Source of the DNA: Mustelus asterias
Lineage: Eukaryota
NCBI RefSeq assembly: GCF_964213995.1
Contig: NC_135806.1
Location: 42,036,001-42,100,000, forward strand
Reading direction: 5' to 3'
DNA length: 64,000 nucleotides
Every line of letters starts with the position of its first letter. Within the stretch, counting starts at the first letter, position 1. Positions 24,622-37,027 of this stretch are shown in pieces. A program made the translations under genes and the position numbers. Under the pieces are notes generated by a model, which was not told the DNA's origin, ran no database searches, and worked only from the letters and a program-made list of their open reading frames with translations.

Positions 24622-27288
24622 CTTTTGCTACCAAATAAACCTGTTGGACTTTAACCTGGTGTTGTTAAACTTCTTACTATTTGAGCAGTGCAGCGAACTG
24701 GGAGAATCCCAGCCAATGTCTCTGCTGGGTTGATGAATTCCAGAGCATGAAGAGCTGCTATTTCATTTTGAACCTGGAAGATTTCACATTCTGTTGTAGC
24801 AGTTTCAACTTTCCCCGTGGTGGGTGCTGCTCTTGACAGCATGTCAGTGATATACATCTGTTTCCCTTGCTTGTATGTGGCATTCAGATGACACCTCTGT
24901 AAATGAAGTAGCATTCTTTCAAGCAGATATTAGCAGTTCAAGAAAAATGCTTTGAAATGGCTTCTGGTTGGGTTCCACTGTTACTTTCTCTCTCCTAAGC
25001 TGGTAGTGATGAAAATGCTGACAAGCAAAAACAACAGCCAGGCACTCTTTCTTGATCTGAGCAGAGCATCGCTCAGTTTGCCTTAATTCCCTGGATACAA
25101 ATGCAGCTAGCTGTCCTTGCTGCATTAGGGATGTTCCAAGACCTGTCTCACTGGTATCACACTGCAAGGTGACTTCATTGATGTCATAGCACTTCACACA
25201 GTCACCAGTTGTTTGATTTTAGTGAAAGCTGCTTCTTATTCTATGCCCCAATACCACAGCACATCCTTGGCAGTGAGCTTCTGTAATGGTTCACACTCTG
25301 ACAACAAATTCGACAAAAGGTTTGCTAAATCATTCACAAATCCAACACATCGTTGGTTGCTACGTTGCTGCTATGGCTCTCACCATGTCAGGATCTGGGC
25401 AAAGACCTTTTTCTGTCAGTGCATAATCTATGTACTTGACTTTGGGCATCTTCAATTGCAATTTTAGTCTTGCTTAGCTTCTGGCTCATCTGGTGAGCTC
25501 TCTCTAGCAGTCGTATTAAATTCAGATCATGGTCAGCAATGGTTTCTTCCATTGTGTCTCCACATCCATAGACTTGCAGATCATCCACTAAGGTTTCCAC
25601 TTCAAAATGATGACTGACTATCTCATGCTGTCCACATTGATTCTTCTGGAGCCATAGAAATGCCAAACAGCATGCACAACAATGCATATCTCGCAAACAG
25701 CATCCAAAATATAATTAGAAAGCTGCTGCTTTCATCCAGCTTCACTTTCTAGCAACCATCCTCCTCACCTTGTGTAGTAAAGATCTTTGCCTTGGCAGGT
25801 TGTGGCAAAATTGCTCCGGTAGTTGGCATGGGGTAATGAGATCTCTTCAACACTATTCTGATCTTTTGGATCCAGGCATACTCTCAGCTTCGATCTCACG
25901 GCTACCATGCTGCTAACCCAACCTGTCGGAGTTGTCACTTTTTAAAATTACTCCCCTCTTTTCGAGCTCTTCAGTCTTGTTTCTTAGCCTTGAATTTAGG
26001 GCAGCTGGAACTCTTCTCGGCAGATGCTGAATTAGTCTGATACTTTCATCTACCTTGAGATGATACTCTCCCAAGTAGACACCCAAACTCTGTAAACACA
26101 TCTTTTAGGATCTGTTCAGCAGACAATGGTTGTGTGTGCTGTGACACATTGTAAATCTCTGTTGGCATGTTTAGGGTTACCAGTCCAAGCTTCAGAGTTG
26201 CTCCAGCTGAGATGAGTCATTGTGTACTGTCTATGATTTGGAACTCCAGATCTTTATTCTTGCCATTGCTTTGGCCTCTCAGACTAAATTGTCCTCCCAG
26301 TATGAGTATTACATCATCATATAGCCTCAATCCTACTTTTGAGAGCTTCATTTTTGGATCACCATATTGTGCCACTTTGCACAGGTCTGTGAAGGTCATG
26401 ATGTCGCAAAGGTGACCAGGCTACAAAGGCCATTTTTAATTCAAAGTTTGAAGCAGTTGGAAATTTAATTGCTGCCCCCATTTTGGGCCACCCTCTCATT
26501 CTGCCTTCCCCACTGCAGCTTTCAAGCTGGAAAGCTTCTGATTGTCCCTCCTGCTTTGTGAGCCCACCTGCGGTCCTTAGTTGGACAGCAAGCCGTTCTC
26601 TATCCATTAATTGACCGTTCCAGGGAAAATCACATTTAGGGATTATTCCCCACATAGTGTGGGCTTCTAACTGACAATTGAACCTGATAACAGAATTCAG
26701 AAAGCAACAGGACAAAATTTGCCCTGTACTCCTGCATATGCTTATGGGGTCCCACCACCCCCTCGGCCCTGCTCAGATCCACCTCCTCCGTGGACCTGCC
26801 CATCCTTCTCTGGCCTGCCCGGATCCCCCTCCTTTTTGGATCTGCTCTTTCTCCTCGGGCCCACTTGGACCTCTACCTCCCTCAGATCTGCCAGACCAAC
26901 CCCACCTCAGGTTTGTCCAGTCCTCTCCATATTAGGTCTCCCCTTACCTTCCAACTGAGCCTACCACAAGGACTGCAATACAGGAAGCCAAATTCTAGGA
27001 AAATTCCCAGATGGTTGGTGTCTGAGCTGTACTCATCCAGGCAAGTAGAAAGTGTGCCATCACATTCCTGATTCATGCCTTGCAGAATGTGAATAGGCTA
27101 TGGGAGTCAGGAAGTGAGTTATTCACCAGAGTTTCCAGCTTCCCCACTCTTGTAGCCACAGTACTTACTATAAATACAGTGATCAAATGTCATGTGATCA
27201 AGCAGTACAGGAATGGTACCAATGATCAACTAAACTACCTGTGTCACGTGATCAAATCTCCAACAAAATAACTAACCAGAATTGGCAA

Positions 27289-27295
<7 letters not shown>

Positions 27296-27329
<34 letters not shown>
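27296..27329 (+). repeat. (TG)n microsatellite
   Basis: About 17 perfect GT/TG units. Confidence 0.97.
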
Positions 27330-27330
<1 letters not shown>

Positions 27331-29642
27331 CATCTCCTCTCCTCTGACTGATTCTCCTGAAAATACTAATAGACTTCCATTACACAAAGAACGTTATTTT
27401 GATAAAGTAACAGAAGTCTGCCTGGGAGACTACTATCCATTGTTTGCTGCTTTCCAGAAAGTTAATGTTGAGACAACTGGGTATAAAATCATTAAAATAA
27501 CTATTCCAGCAGATGTCCAAAGAACAGAGAACTTATGGAACTTCTTCAAATATTTCAGCAAACTTTCTATCACTATATTTTTCACACCAAACTATTTGCT
27601 TTCACACATTCATAGCGATCTTTACAAAGTCATTAATTAGAATTGGCATATACATATAATCACAGATGACTCACTCATTTCAGAGACACGACTACTACTT
27701 CCAAACAAACCCACGCTTGCTTCTGACAATTGTTAAGAACTAATCCTCAAGGAACTGGAACATCTTGGGTGAAAGCAGAAGCCAAGTAGCTGGAAATACA
27801 CAAGTAACTTTCATATGTCAATTAAAGAAAAGATGCTGAGCATCAAGTTATGGAGGTGTTGAGAGAGGAGGCTTATATTAGCCAGTGCTGCAGTCAACTA
27901 GAAAACCTCCAACCAGTGATCCCATGCATTCAACTCACATACAATCAAAGGTAGTTGGAATCCAGACACTGACATTTTTAAGCTGTGATATATCAAGATC
28001 ACATCAGTAAAAATGACCATCAACTGTTGGATTGCTCTAGAAATCCAATCAGTTCGCTAATATCCTTTAGGGAAGAAAACTTGTCATCCATCTCCAGTCT
28101 GGCCTGTATACAACAGGTCAAAGCCAGTGTTTATTCTCTATATTCGCCTCCTCCCACTTCACTTCATACAAACCTTTCAGCATAACCTTTTATTCTTTTC
28201 TTCCTCATGTGTTTATTAAACATCCCCTTTAATGCAACTGTGCTATCTGTTTCAACTATTCCTTGTGCCAGTAAGTAGTACATTCCAACTACTCTCTGGA
28301 TAAAGAGGTTCCTCTTGAATTCCCTACTGATTTATCAGTACAATCTTAAAATTATGGTCGCCAGTTTTCTGTCCCCAAATGTGGAAATATCGCTTCTCGA
28401 TCTTTTGGCTAAAATCAAGTGTCAGATCAAGCCCAATTTGGGATGCAATGCCTTTTCTTGTCAGCTTGGATTTTGTTTGCCTCTCCATGAATTGGATTCA
28501 ATTTGAATTGTTTCTTGGAGCAAGAAAGGAAATGGACGCGGGATTGCCCGGTCTACTCTGCACATTGGCTTTGTAACTTTAAAAATGGAGTAAAACATTG
28601 TTATAAAATCGGGTGATATTTTACAGGGCACTGGTGGAAGGATAGGCAGCAGAGGAGTGCCCAGTAAAATGCTGGGAAGTTATATCAGGAGGACACTGTG
28701 ACACAGCTTGCTGCTGAGCAACTTTACAAGTGATGGGAATGGCAGCATTTGGTCAATTTAGATGATTAAAGGTACAATTAGGAACCATTTTTATGAACTG
28801 CTGGCATTTTGCCAAGAGTGGAGCAGCAATCTCCCAATGGTTTCCTTGGAGGATGGGGAGCATCGCATTCGGAGACTCCATGGACCAAGGAGGGGGCCTC
28901 AGGCAGTGAAGGCCACCCCTGTTGCAAGAAATGTTAATAATTAGATTGAGTTTAGTTTGATGCAATTATCAAGGAATCAAATTAACTTAATATGATATTC
29001 CAATGTAAGTTGCATTCCTCCTTGACAAGTGAAATGTGCCATATTGCCTTAGGCCAAAGTAGGGTTACATTTTACTACAAGTCAAATGTTGGAGGAAACC
29101 CACTGTTACATTTTATGACTTGATTACAGGACAAATGTAAGGTCACTTGTAGTTTAAAGCAAATGTTGCAAAGATTCTTAAGGTTGGATAAATTAGACTC
29201 TGGGAAGTGATTTGTTTTATTCATTAATGGGATGTGGGTGTTGCTGGGCCACCATTTGTTGCTCATCCTTGAGAGTATTTAAGTGTCAACCACATTGCTG
29301 TTGATCTGGAGTCACATGTAGGCCAGACCAGGTAAGTACAGCTGATTTCCTTCCCTAAAGGACATTAGTAAACCAGATAGGTTTTTATGACAATCGACAG
29401 TGGTTTAATGGTCATGGTTAGATTTCTATTGAATTTAAATTTCACCATCTGCCGTGGTGGGTTTCGAATCTGGTTCCTCAGAGCATTACCCTGGGTCTCT
29501 GGATTACTAGTCCAGTGACAATACCACTGTGTCACTGCCATTTAACACTTATCATGCTGTAATCCACTCAAAAACCTACTCTGTGAAGTAAAACAGTTTC
29601 AGGTCTCAAGATACAGTTCTATGTCTTAAATTGACTTAGCTT

Positions 29643-30796
29643 GTTTTTTTATTCATTCGTGAGACATGGGCGTCGCTGGCTGACCAGCATTATTGCCCAT
29701 CCCTAGTTGTCCTTGAGAAGGTGGTGGTGAGCTGCCTTCTTGAAATGCTGCAGTCCACGTGCTGTGGGTTGACCCACAATGCTGGGAGGGAGGGAATTCC
29801 AGGATTTTGATCCAGTGACTGCAAAGGAAAGGTGATATATTTCCAAGTCAAGATAGTGAGTGGCTTGGAGGGGAACTTGCAGGTGGTGGTATTCCCATGT
29901 ATCTGCTGCCCTTGTCCTTCTATATTGAAGTGGTCGTGGGTTTGGAAGGTGCTGTCTAAGGATCTTTGGTGGATTGCTGCAGTGCATCTTGTAGATAGCA
30001 CACACTGCTGCTACTGAATGTCGGTGGTGGAGGAGTGGATATTTGTGGATGTGGTGCCAATCAAGCAGGCTGCTTTGTTCTGGATGGTGTCAAGCTTCTT
30101 GAGTGTTGTTGGAGCTGCACTCATCCAGGCAAGTAGGGAGTATGCCATCACATTCCTGACTTGTGCCTTTGTAGATGGTGGACAGCTTTGGGGAGCCAGG
30201 AGATGAATTATATGCCACAGTATTCCTAGGCTCTGACCTGCTCTTTTAGCCACTGAGTCCAATTGAGTTACTGGTCAATGGTAACCCCAAGAATGTTGAT
30301 AGTGGGGGATTCAGTGATGGTAACACCATTGAATGTCAAGAAGTGGTGGTTAGCGTGTCTCTTATTGGTGATGGTCATTTCCTGGCATTTGTGTGGCGCG
30401 TATGTTACTTGCCACTTGTCAGCCCAAGCCTGGATATTGTCCAGATCTTGCTGCATTTTAACATGGACTGCTTCAGTATCTGAGGAGTCGCAAATGGTGC
30501 TGAACATTGCGTAATCATCAACGAACATCCCCACTTCTGACCTTATGACGGAGGAAAGGTCATTGATGAAGCAGCTGAAGATGGTTGAGTCTAGGACACT
30601 AGCCTGAGGACGTCCTGTAGAGATGTCCTGGAATTGAGATGACTGACCGTCCACAATCACAACCATTTTTCTATGTGCTAGGTATGACTCCAACCAGCAC
30701 AGAGTTTGCCACCTGATACCCATTGCTCTCAGTTTTGTTAGGGCTCCTTGATGCCATACTCGGTCAAATATGGCCTTGATGTCAAGGGCTGTCATG
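29643..30796 (-). mobile_element. CR1-group LINE 3' part (second family; another piece at ~1960-2222)
   Basis: RT motifs ALDIKAIFDRVWH, PQASVL, FVDD, WADKWQV; A-rich tail GAATGAATAAAAAA. Confidence 0.88.
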
Positions 30797-32754
30797 TCTT
30801 GAATTGTTTATATGTATATATATATATAATCACATCATATTTATATATTACTTTGAAATGAGGTTCTGTGATCAATTTTGTAGTTATTGAGACGTTAATT
30901 ACTTAGGAACATCTATTACTTTAATGTGTTATGCTGTACCTTATATATGTACCTTGTTACTTCAGTTTTAATGCACTGGTCTCTATGCACAGATTTTTAT
31001 ACATACTTCGTATTGTTTCATGTTGGAGTAACTTTGTAATTGAGGCTGTGTGCCTTTTGGACTCATTTGTTAATTCTAATGACCAGGATAAGTAGACTAG
31101 GAAGCCACATAAAGGCGTTTGGGCTCTCCAGGCCAGGTAAATGTATCAATTTAGAATGTGACACTACATAGCCTCTTGAGCAGACACACACTATCTTGTG
31201 GTGCTTTGCTCTCTTAGTGGAAAGCTATAAACTTAGTAAAATAACAAGGAAAAGCTGTAATGAGAAGGGCAATCCCAAAAGTGACAGACATCTTGAGGAA
31301 CCAGTCAGGCTTTAACAGGAAGTGACATCAGTAAGGTGACCACCATCCTGAAGAGACCAGTCGGACATGGATGATGCACTAATCAGTGACTGATCATGCA
31401 TTGCCTGGACCAATGAGAACTCAGGGATTCTACTGACATTGCACAGGGGTAATGGTTAGCAAGGAGTAATAAGCAGCAACTTTTAGCAGCAGGTGTGCAA
31501 CATAAAGAAGCAAGACAGAAGGTAGATTTCGGCCAACAGAATACCTCAAGTGATAGTACTGTAGTTGACCAGAAAACCTCAAACCGGTGATCCAAAGTGA
31601 ACTGACCACTCCCATTGCCTTTACTATGCATTGTATTTTTGTACTTATTGCAATTAATTTAATAAATTCTGTGAAGCTTGTGATAATACACTTCTCCCCA
31701 GAATGGACTTACAGCTAATTGGAATTGAAAGTCCTTTTTAAAATCGGCTCTCCCTCCCCACTCAGTCTAAAAATTGTAATTGACCTATGTCTTCTAATTA
31801 AGTAAAAATGAAACCCTCCAATCACAATGTCCTACCTGCCTGGACTCAGTACAACAAAAAAATTCTAACTCCCCGATGAATCTCATCAAAATGGGGATAC
31901 CCACTCAAACTCCTTGCAACCTTAGCAAATGGTCACCTCTGTTGCTACTGAAGCTGCAGAGCTGCCAGATTAGATAGGATGGCTGGTGCAGATATAAAGG
32001 GCCTCTTTTGACTGAACCAACAGCCAGCCTGCCCACCAGGAAAATTACTGCTGCAATCCCACTGTCTGCCTGCAGAAGCTTGGAACGAGCATTTTGTCCC
32101 AACATTGTGACTTAACACCTGCCAATAAAATCCTGGCCACCGTCTTTACTTATTGTAGAAGGAGATACATCCAACTGAAGGTCAGAAGGTCAGGCGAGAA
32201 ATGATCGCCTGGATTTTGAGGTAGGAAACTAGGAGCAGAGTGGCAATTGACTCTGCCACTCCATGAAATTTCAGGTATGATATATTTAAGACTGCAATAG
32301 ACAGATTTTTGTTCATTCTGGGCTATGGGACCCATGACAAAAAATGGAGCCAAGGCAGCAGATCAGCCTAGATAAATAAATTGTATTTTGCCAACATTCA
32401 AGGACAGTCCAAATTTATTGTCTGCAAACTGAAGAGTGGCAAGCCAGAGTGGACAATGACATTGCAGTCATCTGCAAACTGTAGATCATGGATATTTAGG
32501 GTGGTCAGTTTAGTTTAGCATGGAAGCAACCATGATTAAAGAGGTTTCCATCGAGACGATATTTAATACTGACACAAGAGGGCAGTTAACCTTTGATGAG
32601 ATGAGTAGCCACTGGTGAATAGATTGTAATTAGTGTGGATACTATCATACAGTTCTGCCTGCGTGGTCTGGATTTTGATGCCATCTGGTCCAGATCTCTC
32701 GCTCAAGACAGTTGCTGTGATATATCATCATGAAGTGATTACAGGACTGCGGTA

Positions 32755-32920
32755 AAAGCAAAATACTGCAGATGCAGTAACAAAAACAAAAACTGCTGGA
32801 AAAGCTCAACAGGTCTGACAGCATCTGGGCAGAGAGAATAGGGAAAAGAAAGAACACGAAACATTGGCTCTATTCTCTCTCCACAGGTGCTGTCAGACCT
32901 GCTGAGATTTTCCAGCATTG
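32755..32920. repeat. Short inverted repeat of a second dispersed family (single arms at ~2965-3020, 48598-48650, 58170-58262)
   Basis: TGCTGGAAAAGCTCAACAGGTCTGACAGCATCTG...GAGAGAATAG versus CTATTCTCTCTCCACAGGTGCTGTCAGACCTGCTGAGATTTTCCAGCA. Confidence 0.75.
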
Positions 32921-33959
32921 CAGGATTGTGATGGAGTTTCTTGGATATCCATATCTTTGGAGCACAATCAACTGACTAAGCCTCATGATTTACTGAATCA
33001 AATGCTTTGGACAGGTCGATTAACGCAATGAAGAGTTCCTGGTGTTATCCTCAAGTTTTCTTGTGTTTGTTGCAACCAAGACTGTATTGGAGCTTTCTCT
33101 GGAAGGTCTAAAACAACACTGTGGCTGTCTGAGGTTTTTGGGGTCTCCCTTCCCACCATCCAAAGGGTTGGCAGGGAACACATCCCCGCTAATTCAGAGT
33201 TTCCCACAGACGATTTATGCTCAAATAAGCGTCAATTGGCTGTAGGCATCACTTCCATCTCTCTCACAAGAGGAGGTCCTGCCAATCCGATTGGCCGGCA
33301 GCTTTCACTGAAGTGGACAGAGAGGAAGTTCAGCAAGTGGTCGGAGCCAAAGTCTGGGGAGCAGAGGCCAAGGTAAGTTTAAGGGGTGCTAGGTGTGAAG
33401 AGTAGAAAAGGCCTGCCCCGGGGGGGGGGGGGGGGGGGGGGTGTTGTAGGAGGGGTTGGGGGAGAGCAAAGGGGATGATCAGGGTGACAGGGCGAGGCCA
33501 CTGAGGAAAGGGAGGTCCAGTGGCCACCAGACCTTAAGAGAGAGGGCACCGCCATTCAGAAGGGGGTTTCTAGTCGAGCCCTCCCACCCCCGTTCCTGCC
33601 CAAGATCTAGGCCCATGGATGTTTGGGTTTCCCCAAGTCCATCCCCCTGCCAGCCAAAAAATTGAAACGGGGTGGGAAATGGCAGTTAAGTAGCCAATAA
33701 TTGGCCACTTAAGGGTCTCAATTGAGACGAGGGTGGACTTGCCATCTGAGGCCTTGCCCAGCCTAGCATAGAATCGCTACCTGGTCGGAGTTGGGGGGAA
33801 ATCCAGAGGGAATCCAGTTCCTTCAATTTCACACTGCCCTACCCCACCTAAAAACCCACTGGTGGGAGAGAGTGAAATTCTGGCCAGTGTCTGGGAGTAT
33901 TTCCTCAGCCACAGGAAATAAGCAATTCAGGAGAATTGCTTTCTTGAAGACAGTTAAAA

Positions 33960-36030
33960 TTGTTGTGTTCTGAAATCAGGTGGGAGTTCTTTTCGCTCAA
34001 ATATCCATAACATGAGTGCATGGAATATTGAAGACCTCAGCTGGAATACCTTCAGGAATGCAGGCTTTGTTGTTCTTCATCTATTTGATTGCTTTGAGAG
34101 TGGATGACCCATGGATTTTACCACAAGGTACAGGGGGATAGCCTGGAGAATATCGGCTGTCATGCTTGGGGACCTGTTCAAAATGTTTTTTCCCGCATTG
34201 ACGGATGATATTGTCATCCTTAAGAAGAGAAACACAACCCTGAGAGCAAAGAGAATTTTGTCCATTTGACTTTGATCTAGAGATAATGGCCTTGGTAGTT
34301 TCAAAATGGCTTTGTATGTCATGACAGTCAACATATTGTTGGATCTCTCAGGCTTTCTCTTCCCACCATTTGTCCTTTATCTTCCAGAATTGTCTTTAGG
34401 TGTCAACCGTGAGCTGTTGGAATGCTGTCTTCTTGATTTGCGACCTTGGATTGACCTGCCAGGCATTGAAGGCTATTTGCTTTTGCTTCAGATTGCGGGG
34501 GGAGGGTCTTATATTTCAGCATCATTTTTATCGAATCAGTCCTGGTGACAATGATACTCAGACCCAATGGTCTCGATACAGGCATCTGTACAGCTGACTT
34601 ATTTGATTGCACTCTTCTGGAATTCAATTGGGTGTGTGGAAGTTTTCTCGGTCGATCGTGAACTTCCTTGGGAATTCCTCTCTTCAGTCGGATTGCTTTA
34701 GGGTTGAGAGATTGTTCTTTTTTTTGGACTTGCGATGTCTTGGTGCAAGGCAGATATTCATCACTGATCGAACAAGTTGATGATCTGTCCAGCAGGCATC
34801 AGTTCCCCACTTGGATTGAGGCATACGGACATCACTTAGCTCTTGCACCCGATCAATAAAATAATCCAGAAAGTGTCAATACTGCGATCTAGGATGTCTC
34901 TATATGGTTTGGTATTTATCCTTCTGGCAGAAGAGGGTGTTTGATATCATGAGGCCATAAGCTCACTTTGTCAACAGGGGGACTTCATTTGCATTGTTTC
35001 TTCCCACACAACTTTTTCCAAATGGTTCTGTTCCAGACATTAGGTCAAGGCCAACCCTGGGATTAAAGTCACTCAGAAGAATGATAATTTCTTCTGGGTT
35101 GGCAGTGAGGATTTCATCCTTCATTTATACAGTTGGGAAGTTCTGGCAGTACCTCCTAGATTCTATTCCAGGCAGCATAATCAACCTGGTGATCTTGAGA
35201 ATCGCTGTCAGCCTTTCCTTTTCAGTAGAAGTTGAATCCCCTTGCTTGTTCCTTCAGCTACCCCTACTTAGGAAGACATCTCACTGAGGGTGGTGATGTC
35301 AATTTGGAGTTTTGATAGTTTATGTGATACGACTGCACTTCTTCTTTCCAGACAGTCATTCTTGAGATTATTCATAAGTGTTCTAACATTCCAAGCTGGA
35401 AAGTTTAAAGTTTTCTTCCTTTGACCACAAAAAGCCCTGCAGAATGTGATTCCCCAGTCAGGCGAAAGCGGACAGCCTATCTTTAGGGCATCTTGCCCCA
35501 TCCCCACTGGGGTGAGTAGGAGGTATCCTGAAGAGAACTGCTCAGTCACAGATGTTGCTGCCCAAAGACACCTCTGTCCCAACACAGGCATCCAACCACC
35601 TTTATGTGTCTGTCTCCTGTATGCAGATTCTTTACTAGGGACTCCAAGGTTTACAGTCCTGTCCCCCATTGCCAATCCTCCAAAGACACAGGACTTGGCA
35701 TTTATAATAGACCCTGGTAGAAGCCTAGGCATGACTTTGTGTAATATGGGGACCTTGGGATGCCGATATTGTCCTCGAGACTTTGACAGGTTGGTGACTG
35801 GATTTTGGTGACATGCTAAATCACGATGACTGGGATCACGATGACTGGGACCACCAAACCTCCTTCCCCTGTTCTGCCATTGAGCACTTTTGGAATGCAT
35901 TTTGTCCAACACCTCCTCCTGACCTTGCTACCACGGGTGTCCCTGCAAGGAGCAAGGGGCTCCTGACAGCATCACTCAAAGGATCATTAGAGTGCACAAA
36001 TGTCCATCATGTCAAGCCAACAACCCACGG
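33960..36030 (-). mobile_element. RTE-clade LINE, 5' portion (5' region, AP endonuclease, linker)
   Basis: LNFPAWNVRTL...ERRSAVVSHKL..LQIDI..LSE is the RTE endonuclease N-terminus; further degraded ORF pieces lie downstream. Confidence 0.8.
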
Positions 36031-37027
36031 TAAAGTTCCAGAGCCTGGGGCTTAGATGACTGAAATCAAAACTACCAATGGTGGGACAAAGTGAGGAGGG
36101 ATTCACAGGAGGCCAGAGTCTGAATCATGGAGGGTTCAGGAGAAGTTGTAGAGCTGGAACAGGTTTGGAAGAGATGAAGCCATAAAGTGAATTAAGCACA
36201 AGGATGTAAGTGTTATTTTGGAGACATTGGTGGAGTGGATATTGCACACACAAATGAAACATAAGCAAGATCTGGTGCTTGATAGGATAACGGCAGCAGT
36301 GTTTAGGTTGAACTGAAGTTTACAGAGGGTGAAGGAGAGCTAGGGGAGCCTTGGAATGCCACTTTTCTTTATACATTAGTTATAGTTGTGTTGGATAAGC
36401 AGAATTTCCATGGTGAATTACACTTCATAAAATGTCGCCCCATGAAAAAATAATTCATACTTCACATAATTCTTCCCAGAGGACTATCCTCTATTTGTAG
36501 CATGGAAATAAATCATTTCAGTCCACTGTGTGAAGTAGTAAACAATGATTCACATGTGAAATATAGCATCTTTCCACAAACTACATAACAGTTAGCAGGC
36601 CACAATAGAATACCATAAATCCACTGGGAAAAATTGCAGGCTGAACATTCCCTGGGCTGTTTCAATGGGAGGTTCTCTAACCTGTTTAAAGGGTCACAGC
36701 CGGGCTGTTTACACATTTGAAAGTTGCTTGCTCTCGAGTTTAACCCAGTTAAGTTTAATATTGTGCCTATGGATATGAATATTTTCTGTGTTGGGTGCTA
36801 CATCCTCATTTAATTCAATCAATAGTGAAGTGGGCTCCTGGCCTGTCTTGGTGAAGGGACTCACCTGAAATCTGAATCAACTTTCTCTATTAAATGCTAA
36901 GTCAACTGCTGTGCATTTAAATTTTTCTGTTTTTATTCCAGATTCTGTCGGTTAGCACTGCAAACCAGGATTGAAATTGCACCACAAGAATTGTCAGCTT
37001 TTAAAAACGCCCATGTTTATGTCTTAA

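Larger units (their letters stand above)
23946..24678. mobile_element. Palindromic Penelope-like insertion C
   Basis: Arms of ~345 bp with almost no spacer (centre ~24332); near-identical 62-aa ORFs on both strands; tail on the left only; 11-bp TSD ATTTGAGCAGT. Confidence 0.92.
23073..24714 (+). mobile_element. Harbinger-type MITE inserted in the Gypsy pol region
   Basis: 15-bp TIRs GGTTGGGATTCTCCC / GGGAGAATCCCAGCC and a 3-bp TSD AAT. Confidence 0.82.
20368..26420 (-). mobile_element. Decayed Ty3/Gypsy LTR retrotransposon (protease-RT-RNaseH-integrase, PPT and probable 3' LTR)
   Basis: Minus-strand peptides GEYHLKVDESIRLIQHLPRRVP, TLVDDLQVYGCG (RT), VTLQCDTSETGLG (RNase H) and YKQGKQMYITDMLSRA; polypurine tract AAAAGGGGGA (20510-20501) directly followed by TG at 20500; AATAAA(-) near 20390. 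Confidence 0.85.

Noticed and set aside
27296-27640. 114-aa ORF starting in the TG repeat
   Set aside because: Starts at a GTG in a microsatellite; no recognisable domain or exon boundaries.
33420-33441. 22-nt poly-G run (also poly-C at ~23371)
   Set aside because: Homopolymer expansions inside GC-rich repeats; length is unreliable in assemblies.
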